Assembly: GCA_026914245.1 (NCBI GenBank)
Contig: CP110439.1
Span: 2,046,001-2,110,000, forward strand
Reading direction: 5' to 3'
Origin: Puccinia triticina
Taxonomy: Eukaryota
DNA: 64,000 nt
The number at the start of each line of letters is the position of its first letter. The stretch's first letter is position 1. Shown one piece after another: positions 50,800 to 63,400 of this stretch. A program made the translations under genes and the position numbers. Below the pieces are notes generated by a model. It searched no databases and had not been told where the DNA came from. It saw nothing but the letters and a program-made list of their open reading frames with translations.

Positions 50800-50945
50800 C
50801 CCTCGCCCTCCCATCGCCCTCGCCCTCCCATCGCCCTCGCCCTCCCATCGCCCTCGCCCTCCCATCGCCCTCGCCCTCCCATCGCCCTCGCCCTCCCATC
50901 GCCCTCACCCTCCCATCGCCCTCGCCCTCCCATCGCCCTCGCTCT
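50800..50945. repeat. 17-bp minisatellite (CCCTCGCCCTCCCATCG), ~8 copies
   Basis: Read directly from the sequence. Confidence 0.9.
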
Positions 50946-51918
50946 CTCCACATTGCCCTCGCCATCCTTCGACCGCCACGCGCCCTGGCTACTACTCAAC
51001 CTCGCCAACAATCCTTCTTGTCTCTCTTCGCTGTCCCCCTGCCCACTTTTCTTTTCTCGATGCCAAAGGACAGACGACCCAAAGGTCCCGGACTCCTCGA
51101 TTTTCCTCTCAATCACCTCGCACGCCACCGCCTCCTCAACCAGGAGCATCCCCACCAGACACACCAGCTCGCGCCACCCTCGTCGTCATCTCAGTCAACC
51201 CAACCCCTGCCATTCGTCTGAACCCTCAGCTACCAGGTCCTCTCTTCCTCAGAGGGGTCAATGGGGTCCCTCTGAGGGGATGGAGACTATCAGCGGCAGC
51301 CGCCCGCTCCCCCGTCCGGACCACTCCGGTCCACACACGCTGTCGTCGCCGTCGTCGACGGAAGGCGGCCAGGAACGGCCCTCGGCGCCGCCCGCGCTTC
51401 CTCACTTGTCTTCCCCTCGCTCGCGTCACCATGCTCGCCAGACCACTCAAAGCCTGACCTCCTCTGCTACGACCCGCCCTCCAGGACCCCTGCACACTTG
51501 AGAGAAGGTCTCCGGCCTCGAAGGCTACATCTTCATCAGCGGCCTCGCCTCCCACCTGCTCACTCTGCTTGTCCGCGCCAGGTGGCCCTCGTCCATGGCT
51601 CCTCCAAAGACCTCGCCCCTCTCTCCGCAATCGCGAAGGAACAACGCCCCTCGCCATCGCTCCCCACCTCTTGACATCACTCTTTGCCCTTCCCTATTGA
51701 CTCCAGCCCCTCGTCGACATCGCCTCAAGCCCCTCATCATCCACTCCCTCGCACCCTTGTCATCGCTTCCAGCCACTCTCCATCGCCACAGGCCCCTCGT
51801 CACCATATCTAGCCTTCTGTCATTGTCATCATCGCCTCTAGCTCCTCCTCATCGCCTCAGTTCAATGTTATCAACCTTGTTGCATCTTTGTACCTGGTCA
51901 ATCATGACTGTTGCTTCA

Positions 51919-52080
51919 GGACATTCGGTCCATTTGGGACACTCGGTCTACTCGGGACATTCGGTCCATTTGGGACACTCGGTCCACTCGGGACATTCGG
52001 TCCATTCGGGACACTTGGTCCACTCGGGACATTCGGTCCATTTGGGACACTCGGTCCACTCGGGACATTCAGTCCATTCG
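51919..52080. repeat. 18-bp minisatellite (GGACAYTCGGTCCAYTYG), ~9 copies
   Basis: Read directly from the sequence. Confidence 0.9.
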
Positions 52081-53094
52081 GTCTTCTCACTCTCTCGTCA
52101 TTGCCCTCACTCTCTCCCCCTTGTCTCCTCTCTCAACCCCATTGTCTTTTTCTCTTGCCCTCGCCATCGCCTCCAACCCCTCTTTGTCGCTCCAGCCCCT
52201 CACCATCATCTGTTTTCCTTTTCTTTTATAGGAGGGGAAATTGTAAGGGTTTCACCAAGGCTCCACCCTTACATAAGCTGTGTTGTAATAGAAGCATTAT
52301 TATCCATGCTTATACATAGTATTCCCGCTTTATATAGTTTTGATCCCATCTCTTCTCTTCTCCCCCAAGCTGGTCTTCCCCTTCTTCCTTCTTTCATTGG
52401 CCGATCTCAGAAATTCACATTCTTTTTATAGACTTCAGGCCTTTGGCCCTCCGTCCCTCCGTTCCTTCCAGTGAGGGTTCACAGAACCCTTACACCTGCC
52501 GTTATCAATCAATAAGCAACCTGCTGAGAATCCACCCACTCAAAGGGGCGTAAATAAGTGATAGGCGAATTCAACAGCACATGCATTTGTTACTCCTCCA
52601 CAACAAGTTTGCGGTTAGGTTCGCCATATTGTTCCACAGCAGCCAATCGACGTGTAATATTTATATTCCTATTTGCGGGCGTTAGAGGTAAGAAAAACTA
52701 ATTCGTAGCCATCTTCGACTTCTTTAAGACGATCAAAACAAAACTCGACGAATAGTTTCGGGCTGCAGTCAACCTCTTATAGCCCTAACGCACAATGTAG
52801 TAGCTCATCCACCTTCGTTTATCTGGATCAGCGGACATGAAGCACGCCGTCAAGCTAGGTTCCGAAATAGTTCATCAAGGTAGAATTTAACACATCACCG
52901 ATGATCAACTTGACAATAATTACGACGTCCAGTTGGATCGACGCACGACGATCTGTCAGTTGTACTCGAGTGAAAGGGTCTAATCCTCAATTTGATTTTC
53001 TGCGCCCGTCGAATTACCACCGAAGATTTTCCCCGCAATAACCTAAGTCCGTGGGGTGTCAGCTAGATTATAGAAGCCGACTCAATCCAAAACT

Positions 53095-53883
53095 CACCCT
53101 AACCAATAGCTCTCCGGTTACCGGGCTCATGCCGTCCAATTCTCCAACAAACGATGCAACTAATCCAGATTGAAATATGTCACGTGAGGATATCTTGATT
53201 ACTGATTCATCGATAATATATCTGGCTAAGAACGGGTTCAATGGAGCGGTCTAATACCCACCAGGTTTCAGTGCGTGTCTTCCATGAAGGTCGTTGATGA
53301 CTCACCTCTTCTTTATGCTCCACTGTAACTTCCGTAATGACGGCAGTACCCATAAATCTTGACCTGTAAGACTTGACATCGCATATCGTCCCGGTGCCAC
53401 TGATTTTCACCGGCTCGCCAATCTCAAACTCATTCTCCATTGGCGAGTCCGAGATGACAGCATCGACATAGTGAAACTCTAGACCATTACCCCCGCGAGC
53501 CACTTTTCCATGCGCCTTGTAAGTGACACCAACTTCGAGGTGGTTACCAATGAAATTGAGAGCGCGAAGATTCACCGTATAGGATCTACATAATAAAGAA
53601 GATGTGCCAGGTACTCGCCTAACGCATCTCGCGTAATCGGGAGGTTCCGCGGATGGCGACGGCGGCTCTTGAGAGGACTGGGGTCTAGTGTCAACGAGAA
53701 ACTCATTGGAAATTTCACAATGGCACTCACACTAAGCAATGGGATAAAGTCGCCATCGAACTCCATGCATGATGAGCGCGGTGTTTTGTTGTAGACGACG
53801 ACACATTTAGTGGCCATACTAGTCATGTTGAGGCGTTCCGCAGAATTTGGTCGATGAGTGTGTAAGCGTCGTCCAGAATTCAA
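53095..53883 (-). CDS. Helitron-borne multi-exon gene, beta-rich and possibly OB-fold-like; boundaries approximate
   Basis: LRALNF...LEVGVTYKAHGKV...VKISGTGTI...VTVEHKE, a GTGAGT donor near 53304, then IFQSGLVASFVGELDG. Function is inferred only. Confidence 0.4.
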
Positions 53884-55197
53884 CTCGTGCGGAGCGCTCT
53901 AAGTTTTTGGGTGACATCATTTCCATTGACCTCTAACAATTCACGCAACATCGCCATGAAAGGCGGGTCAACATATGACGTGTATCCATTATCAGACATG
54001 CAGGACCTTTGATTTCATGTGAAACGCGCATGACGCAAAACATAACCCGTACTCCATCTTACCGAAGCCTTTGCTGCACATTGGCCAGACAACAATGAGG
54101 AAACCCCATTTCATTCAACCGGCCCCTATGCATTATGCGTGCCCGGGGAGGACATTAGTTCAAGTAGCATCAATTTTCCACTTCTGTTCGAGACTCGCTT
54201 CATCATGCAAAAGTCCCAAGGGTTATGCGTTTGCGGCCATCGTGAAATCAATGACATTCATCAGTAGGCGCAAATAAACATCCATTTTTCCATTGAATTT
54301 TCTCCTCTAGAAGGAATGCTAGGCAGATATTATGCATTAAAACACACTTATCAGAAGCCAAGGTGAATCAAGTTATACACAGTGATGATTAATCTATGGT
54401 GAGTTTGAGGGCAGGAAATATTCGGTGGCATCGGCGCGGTGTTTCTCGGTTTTTCACCAACAAACTCGGTTTTGACCAAGAGATCCAGACGATGAACAGC
54501 TTATGGGAGATTGTTGCAAACATCGGAGACTCGGACCTGCGTGCCAAAATCGCTTTCGGCTTGTCACGCCTGACGACTGATCCACTGTTGATGTCATGTT
54601 ACAACAATAGGTTAATCCATCTAAGGTCAAATGTAAAGTGAATTATCCTTTAGCCCCTCTCGTAGGTTAATCCATGTAAGGTCAAATGCAAATTCAATTA
54701 TCATTTAGCCTCTCCTGTGTTTGGCATTGAGTGGCAATCACCGTTGCAGTAAGACATACAAGTACGCAGCTTCAACGGCGTTTTAATATTGGACCCATCA
54801 CTATACGGGATGCGGCAGTGCAAAAGGTCATTTAGCGTTCTATCGAGCCCATTTATTGTCTGTCACGGAGCAATTATTGCTATTTGACATGTGTTTATGT
54901 GATTTCTCAAGCGAGAGAGCTTGTCTGCCATTTAAACTTTAATCATAAAGAAAAAATCAATTTAGGTTGATCATCAAATCTGCTTGATGATTAATGTACA
55001 AATAATCAGTCCCTTGAGTTAACATAGTTTCGGCGGATAGCATAAACGAATTGAGAAAAATCTACTTCATCGGGGCTCATGGAAATGTGACTACCTGAAT
55101 TAACGATGAAAAAAGGGCGAGTTGAGTGGTGTGCTGTTGAGATGACAGATGGAGCAGGATGAAAATCCAACGTACAGAAGAAAAACCTCCTTCGGCG

Positions 55198-58100
55198 TCA
55201 AGTTGATGATTGTTCGAAAATCCTCTTATGTACAACATTGATGACCCCGTCTCGAATGGTTGGTTTTGTCACAAGGAGATCATTAACGTTCGACACTCGC
55301 AAGAGTGCCACATAAAGTTGACCATGAGAAAAAACATCGGTTGATAAGTAGACCCCTACTCTTGAGAAGGTTTGGCCTTGCGCTTTATTGATTGACATAG
55401 CAAAGGCGGGTGTAACGGGAAACTGATAGCGGTAGAAGCTAAGCCCTGAACGCGGTGAGCCTTTGTTGTGGAGCTTAACTCGAGGCAACATTACAACCCG
55501 ACCTCGGTGAGGACCAGTCATTAACTGGCCTCTGAGGTAGACATGGCTGACATCAAGAAGGAACATTCGAGTACCGTTACAAATTCCACCGTTGATGTTC
55601 ATATTGCGCGTGATGACAACTGGCATTCTGTTCTTCAGTGTTATCAAGTGTTCTGGCAAACCCGAGATTGAAATTTTGTTTAAAGATTCCTCGGGCAAGC
55701 TATCATAAGCGTCAGGGTCAGGGGTATCAATTGATTTCAAGTCTATGTGCTCCCCGGGCAGAACATCAATTATTCTGTCGTTGAGGGTTTTCACGTCGCG
55801 GTTCAATGGGGCCAGTATACACCGGGCGTTTAAATATTTGACGCAGTCTTCACTCGCTCTGTTTTCCATTGATCGAAGGTCGGAATAAACAAAATCAATT
55901 AAGCAAGAGTTCATGTCTTCCGGGTTATCACGGGAAACCAACGATATTCCGTCAAGCGAAGTGATCCCGAAGTCTTCCAATTGGTCTTTCCCCTCGCCCA
56001 ATCGTAGCAAGGATTTAGCAAAAGTGCGGTTCGCGTTTGTCGAGGGGCCAGATAATGCCGATGCTAATCTCATGTTTTCAGTTAGATGAAATTCATCAAT
56101 TTCGTCCCAGAGTGAAGATGATTTCAATGTCGCCGCATACGATGGGGGGAATTCATTATATTTGACAACCGGGAGGGTTTGACGAAAATCACCGGAAAAA
56201 ATAACGGTTTTCCCGCCAAATGGCTTCGTGCAATTTGATAAGCGTTGGAGCGTTCTATCAACAGAATCGACACAGTTCTTATGTATGGTAACTATCTCGT
56301 CCCAGATGATCAAAGAAGCATCAACAAGCTGTTTTCCTAGTAATGTATCGAGGTCAATTGGACATTCGGCGCCCTTTTCAACGTCAATCGGTATTTTGAA
56401 GGCCAAGTGAGCAGTTTGGCCAGTCCTCAAGAGCAGTGCTGCGACACCCGATGAGGCCGTGACAACGCTCGAGGTGCCTCGTGCATCAGCAAAGTTGATA
56501 ATTGCATTTAAGAGGAAAGTTTTTCCGGTTCCTCCGGGCCCGTCAAGGTAATAAACTTTTGGTTTCCCGGCAACAATGCTTGACTTTACTTTGTTGAAGA
56601 ACTTCAGTTGCGCGCAGTTGAACTGCCGCTTCTGCAAAATTAAACGGTTGCGAATTGTGTATATATCTTCGCCTCCTTCGCGCTCGCGTTCCAAATTGGC
56701 CAGTTTACGCTTGTCTGCTCTACTGATCATAATGCCGCAGCTCGCCAAATTATTACTCATCTCTTGGAGTATAGACTCGAGCCGGAATAGTGCGAGCACG
56801 CGGCGTTCGTCGGTCCGGAGAACGCGGCTCGTCCTGTCTTTCATATCCAAGCGAGGGGTATCATCGGTGAAATTTTCGAAATGATCTTCGAATAATTGCT
56901 TCGGGTCGGAGGGTCTGGAATGAACACACATCATCGCGTACATCTCAGCAAGTTTGTAGCCAGTCTGAGCCGCGGCCGCCTCATGTAGCGTTTGATCGTA
57001 GAGGTAATCGTCCACCAAAAGCCCGAGCCAGTTGCACGCAATCTGATAGGACTTCGCTCGGCGTCCATCAACCGTCCGGAGCTCTTTATGTGATCGGCAC
57101 CCTTTGCGGTGGAGGAGAAGGACTCTCAAATAGAATTTTTCACCAACTGAAAAGGAAACGGAATAGATGCGGCCAACGGCTTCTTCTTTCTTTTTCCGCG
57201 GGAGCCAGGCCTTCTTTGACTTATCCCACCAGAAGAAGGCGGGAATATCTTCGTAAAGCAATGACCGCGCTGTTCTGCCGTTGGCTCCAACAGCATCTTT
57301 CTGGTTCAACCTCATGAAGCCTATGAGTGTCGTTTGGGTTGCCTTTCCAGATTTTATCTGACCTTCCGCACCTTCACTTGGATCGAAATATACCAATTGT
57401 TCACCGTAGTCGTGGATCGCGAGGCGGGTAACTGCAGGAGACCTTTCTGAGAGGGGAAACTTGAATAATCTCCAACAAGCTGGAAGGAGGTCATCAAAAG
57501 CTGAACAGATTAAGAGCTAAAAACAAATCCATAACGTACCTTCAGGTGCACTTATATATCGAGCGTCTATAAATGCTTTCGTCTCATCCACTATGTCAAG
57601 GGCCATATAAGATCGATCGTGGCCCTTCGTGATGTACTTATAGAGATATTTTATTGCGGTTGTGTTGACAGGGATTTCGACGTTTATGTGACACTCAAAC
57701 ATTAGGGTCAAGAACTTGTTGTAGGGCACAACATGTCCATTATTGAAGGTTGTTGTGTGTTTCACCACTTCGCGATGATCGTCTCGACGGAGGTACGCGG
57801 GATATGCCCCGTCGATGATGACAGTTCTTGGGGTAAATGGTTTTGGGTAACCTAGCTTGCAGTGCGTTCCGTTCCAGCATGAGTGTCCGGAACAGGGCCC
57901 GTGTAACATGAATTTTGTGACGAGTTCATGAAGGCGAGGTTCGTAATATGGGTCAGGAATTTCGGCGGATACGAGCAAATCAACCTCTTCTGGAGTAATT
58001 GGCCGGTCGCGACTATCGAGTGTTACCATCAAGTGGAGGTGCGGTAGGCCCCGTTTTTGGAACTCAATCACTGAAACATGAGCCACTGATTTTCCAAGCC

Positions 58101-59655
58101 GCCCCATTTTGATGATTTGAAATAGAAGTGCCTTGACCTTGAGATGAAACACGCGGGCAACAATAGTCGGGTGGTCGACGGGTGATTCGCCGGCGGGTAT
58201 CAATGAAGTTATTTCGAACCAATTCGGGTTTGCGGTCATGGTTATGAATAAGGAGGGTGGCCCGTACTTGCGGCAAATCGCCATCGAATAGTGATATAGC
58301 TGAGTCATACCTCGCGGGCTCCCAATGAAGGTCGACGGGAGGATGACTCGGCGGCCACTAATAACCCCTTGATTCTCGAGTCCCTTAACCAGCGACTTGT
58401 ACATATCGGCTTTGAGTTTCGACTGGTTCATGACGATGAAATTCATGCAAACTCCTTCAACGACTATGTAAATGTTGACCACTATCTCTTGGAGCAAAGC
58501 CGCCCCGTGGAGTATGGCTGAGAAGTGGCCGCGCCGCTCGAACAGCATGAAGGCAAACCATTCGAGGGAACCGACCAACCTATTATGAACTGAGGGGAAA
58601 TCAGTTTAGCGCTTAATATAAGCTGAACCTGTGTCTTACCTCGTGATGTAGTCGCAGCATACATATTGTCCCATTGTTGTTCGCCGTACGGGAAGAATAA
58701 GGGGTATCGAAGAGGGAAATAGGAAGAGTGTTTATCTGAGATTTCCTGTAGTTTGCCGTCGGCCCGGTGAAGTAGAATTTGACGATCCTCTATAACTTCT
58801 CCACTTCCCCTGACGACAATTGCAACTTCGTCCGAAGTAGGTTGATTGTAACGCTTCGGATCGCAGCCAGGCCTTGGGACCCCCTGTAGTTTGAGTGTGG
58901 CGGAAGGGTTGGTCCGGAGCACGTCGTTGGCAGCGCGGTAGACTATGGCATAGGGGTTGTTGGCGTATAGGAAGTCCATGAGAAACTTTACAAGAGATTG
59001 TTTCATCCTAGCGCCTCTTCCGGTGTTACCCATTGCGCCCTGAGCCCTTGATATGCGGAGATTAGCTTTGTTGGTCCCGCGATCCCCGACGACAAATATT
59101 TGTGTGAAACCAGGGGCTTCATTTTGGGGCGGCTTGACGCTCGAAATGAGGTGAGCAAGAGAACCCGATACGCGAAATACGTAGATGCCACGTTGACCCT
59201 GAACAGACGGGTTGACCTCCGCTCCCAATGAAGTGAAAGATACTGAATTGTTATACATCCTGATGAGTTCTTTAAAATTGGCAGAATCTGAAGAAGACGT
59301 CAGCTCGAGGCCCTGAGAGATGATGTGAAGGCTTACCCTCGGAGGTTCCATTAAATAGGTGTTCGAGTTTGACGGGAAAATGGGGCGCAGAAGGAGCGAA
59401 ACCGGGCAACGAGACCTTGTTCTTCTGGCAACACATTGAGAAACTGATATTTGTCTTTTTGGCATCCGCGAGAGCGGCTTCCTCAAGAAAAAGTAGTGCA
59501 CCGCATGAAGCACATGATATGTTGCAGAGTCCGAGGCGATGTGGTGTTGTGAAATCAATTGAATTTTTGATTGAATTCTCGTTGTTCATGTCTGCCTTTC
59601 GTACCGCCTTGCCGCATGACTCGACGATTTTTTGGGTATGGGTAAGTTCTTCCAT
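55198..59655 (-). CDS. Helitron Rep/helicase (RepHel), 4 exons, ~1432 aa, apparently intact
   Basis: Exons 59655-59337, 59287-58640, 58589-57540 and 57479-55198 splice in frame. N-terminal CxxC...CC. Rep motifs FITMT, EFQKRGLPHLH (HUH) and KYLYKY. PIF1 motifs GPGGTGKT, IIWDE, GDFRQ, KAQGQT and HGQLYVAL. Confidence 0.95.
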
Positions 59656-60438
59656 GTCGCGGTTTCAAAATGGTGAAAATGATAGTGCCAAGCGGATGAC
59701 TTATACCAAGTGTGTTGAATTTGAGGTCGAGTGTAGTGTATACGTTGGGTGCGATCCTTATCATTTGATCAAGTTATGTGGAACCCATTCCTAGCAGCGA
59801 AACCGCATCAATCAACAATTAGTAAGAATACGAATTTGAGGTGAATTTTATAAGTCTGCAACTCACGTAAAAGCGGATCAATCTTCAAACGAGTGCTCAG
59901 TTTATTTCGACGTGAGTGTGAGAAAGGTTGAGAGCCTGCGGGTTGTCAAGGCTGAGCTGTAGGACGCGGCCTCTTTTCATAACCACGCGGAGGCCTTTGA
60001 GCTACCGTGGAGGGTAATAATCCCGGGGGATTGAACGGGGAGTTCAAGTTCGCAGGTTATATCAATGATTACGCTCTATTAACACCAATCTTGATTCACA
60101 AGAAATCTAGAGATTCATATCCGACATGAGTGTCATCTCCTGTCACTTATTTTGTTCTCCGCAGCTGCTGTGGCTAAATCAATGCAATTTGGGTGTTGAT
60201 TTCCTCTGGTGTGGCGGATGAGGATCAATTGCGAGTAAAATAAATTGATGGTATTGGGAGCATTGAGGAAGTATCTTTACAACGGGATTTCGGGTGATAT
60301 GTCGAGGGACGCAAAATGATATCTGGTGATATAGTAGGGTATGAACAGGGGAAAGGCGAGGTGAGGGTGGGGGAAAACAGATCGACAATCATAGTGGTTA
60401 ATCACGTGAGCCGCCCATAAGTCTATTTACAACAAGGC

Positions 60439-63400
60439 TGTAAGAGCCCAAGATAGAGGGCTCTTCACTGGCTGGGAAAAACGGGACAGACGGACGGGGC
60501 AGTGGTACGGGACAAGGCTCTGCCTTGGAGGGAGTTCTAGAACCACAGTTGCTTGAATTTCTAGCTCAGAGGGAGTGGTCAGTACATCCCTACTCTATAC
60601 AATTGATGATAATGTGAAGGACAACGAGAGAAGAAGGAGAGTGCTCACCTAGCTCAGAGGGAGTGGTCAGTACATCCCTACTGAGCTAGGAGGGCGCGGC
60701 CGGTCGAGGTCTAAGAATCCTGCTGCAGGTGGATCCGTGATTTCTCTGTGACTGTTCTTGTGAGCTCGCGGGAGGCGGGCTCACATTCTCCCCCCCTATA
60801 AAAGATGGCGAGGGGGGGTCGCTAGTCGGCGCCGGATCATCGAGCTCGGATGCCTGAGGTAGGGCGGTAGCGTCCGGCGGGTTAGAGGAGGTGACGAGAG
60901 GTTTGACTTTCGAGATGTGAAAGACGGGGTGGCGACGGTCCCCAGGCGGAAGCAGTAGTTCAACGTTTTGTCCGTGATTGGTCGACTTGACAACACGGTA
61001 GGGACCCTCGTAGCGCTCCTTCAGTTTGTCAGTGCCGCCTTGGTGACGGCCTCGCCAATCCGCCGAGTCGAGGAAGGCCAGTGTGCCAGGTTGCAGTGGG
61101 GGTCGATCCTTCTGGCTGCGGTTATGATGAACCGCCTGTTTGACACGACTCGTCCAGAGGGCGTCCCGAGCGTCGGCCCAGCTCCCCTCTCGCAACCGAA
61201 GCCACGCGTCAAGAGAGGAAGGGCACCCAGCTGAAACGCTTGACGCGGTAGAGGGGAAAAGTCGGCCGGGGCGTCCAAAGACCAGTTCGAAAGGGCTTTT
61301 CCCAGTCGCTGCGTTTGTTGCCGAGTTGATTGCATACTCCACCGAGGGGATGGCCTCCAACCAGCGTCCTTGACGCTTGGAGGTCGTCGTCCGCAGAATC
61401 TGGCCGACCGTCTTGTTGGTGCGTTCGCTACGGCCATCAGCTTGCGGGTGGAAGGCGGACGTCATGTGGAATTTAATGTTCAGTTTCTCCATCAGCGACT
61501 TCCAGAACTTGGAGGTCCACGCTTTATCGCGATCGCTGAGGATAGTCCGGGGGGCACCAAAGGTCGCGATCCAGCCGGAAAAGAACCTGGAAGCTGTTTT
61601 CTCCGCCGAATCTGTCTGGAGAGCCGGTATGATCCGAGTGAATCCGGATAGGCGACAAGTACACGTCAGTATCATGTCGTGGTTGCCTGATTGTTTGAGG
61701 GGGCCAACGAAGTCGATGGCCAAGTCGGAGAGGGGGAGACGGGGAACAGCCGGTGTAAGCATTTTCCCAGTCGGGGCCGTGGTCGGAGCTTTAGTCCGCT
61801 GACAGACTTCGCAGGCGGCAGTGAACTCCGCGACATCTGTGGCCATCCGTGGCCAAAAAAAATCAAGGCGGAGTTCGTCCAGGGTTTTCTGGTGGCCCAA
61901 ATGTCCGAGGCGGTCGTGAGCTTCTCTGATAAGGGATTTGCGGATAGTACCCACCGATGGGATGAGAAGGCGACCGTCTATGAAGAGAAGCCCCTCCACC
62001 TCCACACAGTCGTCTCGTAGCGGGAGCACCTCCCGCGCCGAGATGCAGAACTGGTCGGTCGTGTATCCGATCATGATCTGGCGACGAAGTTCTTCAGAAA
62101 GGGTTGAGCCCATCTCGGTCAGGGAAGCGACACAGGCGATGTCGCTTGGGGTGATGTTTGAGTCTCCTTCCGGTATATCCTTCCTGGAGAGAGCATCGGC
62201 TACCGTGTTATCTTCACCGCGGATGTATTCGAAATGTAGGTCGAAGTTGGCCAGGAGTTCCGTCCACCGTGCTTGGCGTCGGCTGAGATTGCGTTGTCGG
62301 AGGAGATGGACCAGGGAGTGGTGATCTGTCATCACATTGATTTTCATGCCGAGGAGGAGCATCTTCCACTTCTGCAGTGCGTGTACTACAGCCAGAAGCT
62401 CCTGCTCGTGCACCGGGTAGTTTTGTTCCGCCGAGGTCATCTGGCGCGATTCATAAGCGATTGGGGAAGCGTGTTTCCATTCGGCTCCTTGGAAGAGCGC
62501 TGCTCCCAGCCCCAATCCGCTAGCGTCAGTGAAAATCCAGAGGGGGTCATCCGAGTCAAAGTCTACGTTCTTCAAAGCGGGTAGGCTGGTCATGATGCGC
62601 TTTATATTCTGAAAGGCCGCTTCTTCCGCTTCTCCCCACCGGAAGTTCTTTTGATCGAGTTTCGAACTGGTCAGGGGGGTCAGTGTGCCTACGTATTTTT
62701 GAAGGCCCCAGATGAATTTTTTCATCCACTGAACTGTGCCAAGGAATCGTTTGACCCCCTTGGCTGATTTCGGGGAGGGCCACTTCTGTATGGCTTCAAC
62801 CTTGCTGTCGTCAGGTTTGATCCCATCAGCGGAGATCCAATGACCAAGGAATTTGATTTCCTTTCTGAAGAGTTGTGTTTTCTTGGGGCTACAGTAGAGA
62901 TTTCCCGCCCGAAGCCGGTCGAGAACCATACGCAAGTGTTTCTCGTGAGTTTCGAAACAGTCTGAGAACACCACAATGTCGTCCAAATACACGACACAAA
63001 TGTCGTTGAGTAGATCCCCTAGGGCCTCCTCAAGGCGGGCTTGGTGCGTGGCTGGCGCGTTTGTTAGCCCCATCGGCATCACCACCCACTCCATGAGTCC
63101 CCAGGGTGTCTTCACGGCGGTAAGTGGAATATCTTCCTCGCGCATCCGAGTCTGGAAGAACGCATTAGTTTGGTCCAAAATGGAGAAAACTTTCCCAGAA
63201 GCAACCATGCGTACCAACTCGTCAACATTTGGCAAGGGAGAGCGGTCGCGGACTGTGATGCTGTTCAGCTTGCGGTAGTCACAGACCCAGCGGGGAAGGG
63301 CCGTCGGATCCTTTTTTGGGATAATCAGGCTTGGGGAGGCATATTGACTTGTTGACCGCCTGATGCGGCCTGCGTTTAGATGTTGATAAAGAAGCGTTTT

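Larger units (their letters stand above)
49480..52494 (+). mobile_element. Non-coding, non-autonomous LTR retroelement G (~3 kb)
   Basis: 253-bp LTRs at 49480-49732 and 52242-52494 (1 mismatch seen), TSD CCTGC, PPT ATAGGAGGGGAAA. The interior is low complexity with no retro-domains. Confidence 0.93.
40690..60438 (-). mobile_element. Large autonomous-type Helitron (at least 19.7 kb including nested elements); 5' end probably beyond the window
   Basis: 3' terminus GCGGC-gga-GCCGC-tttggcct-CTAG|T at 40690-40714, no TSD, a same-strand RepHel gene at 55198-59655, and Copia C does not resume before 60439. Confidence 0.8.

Noticed and set aside
49709..52431. Long ORFs of 202-474 aa with PSPSHRP and SGHSVH repeats
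   Set aside because: They are translations of stop-poor minisatellites inside non-coding LTR element G, with no domain motifs.
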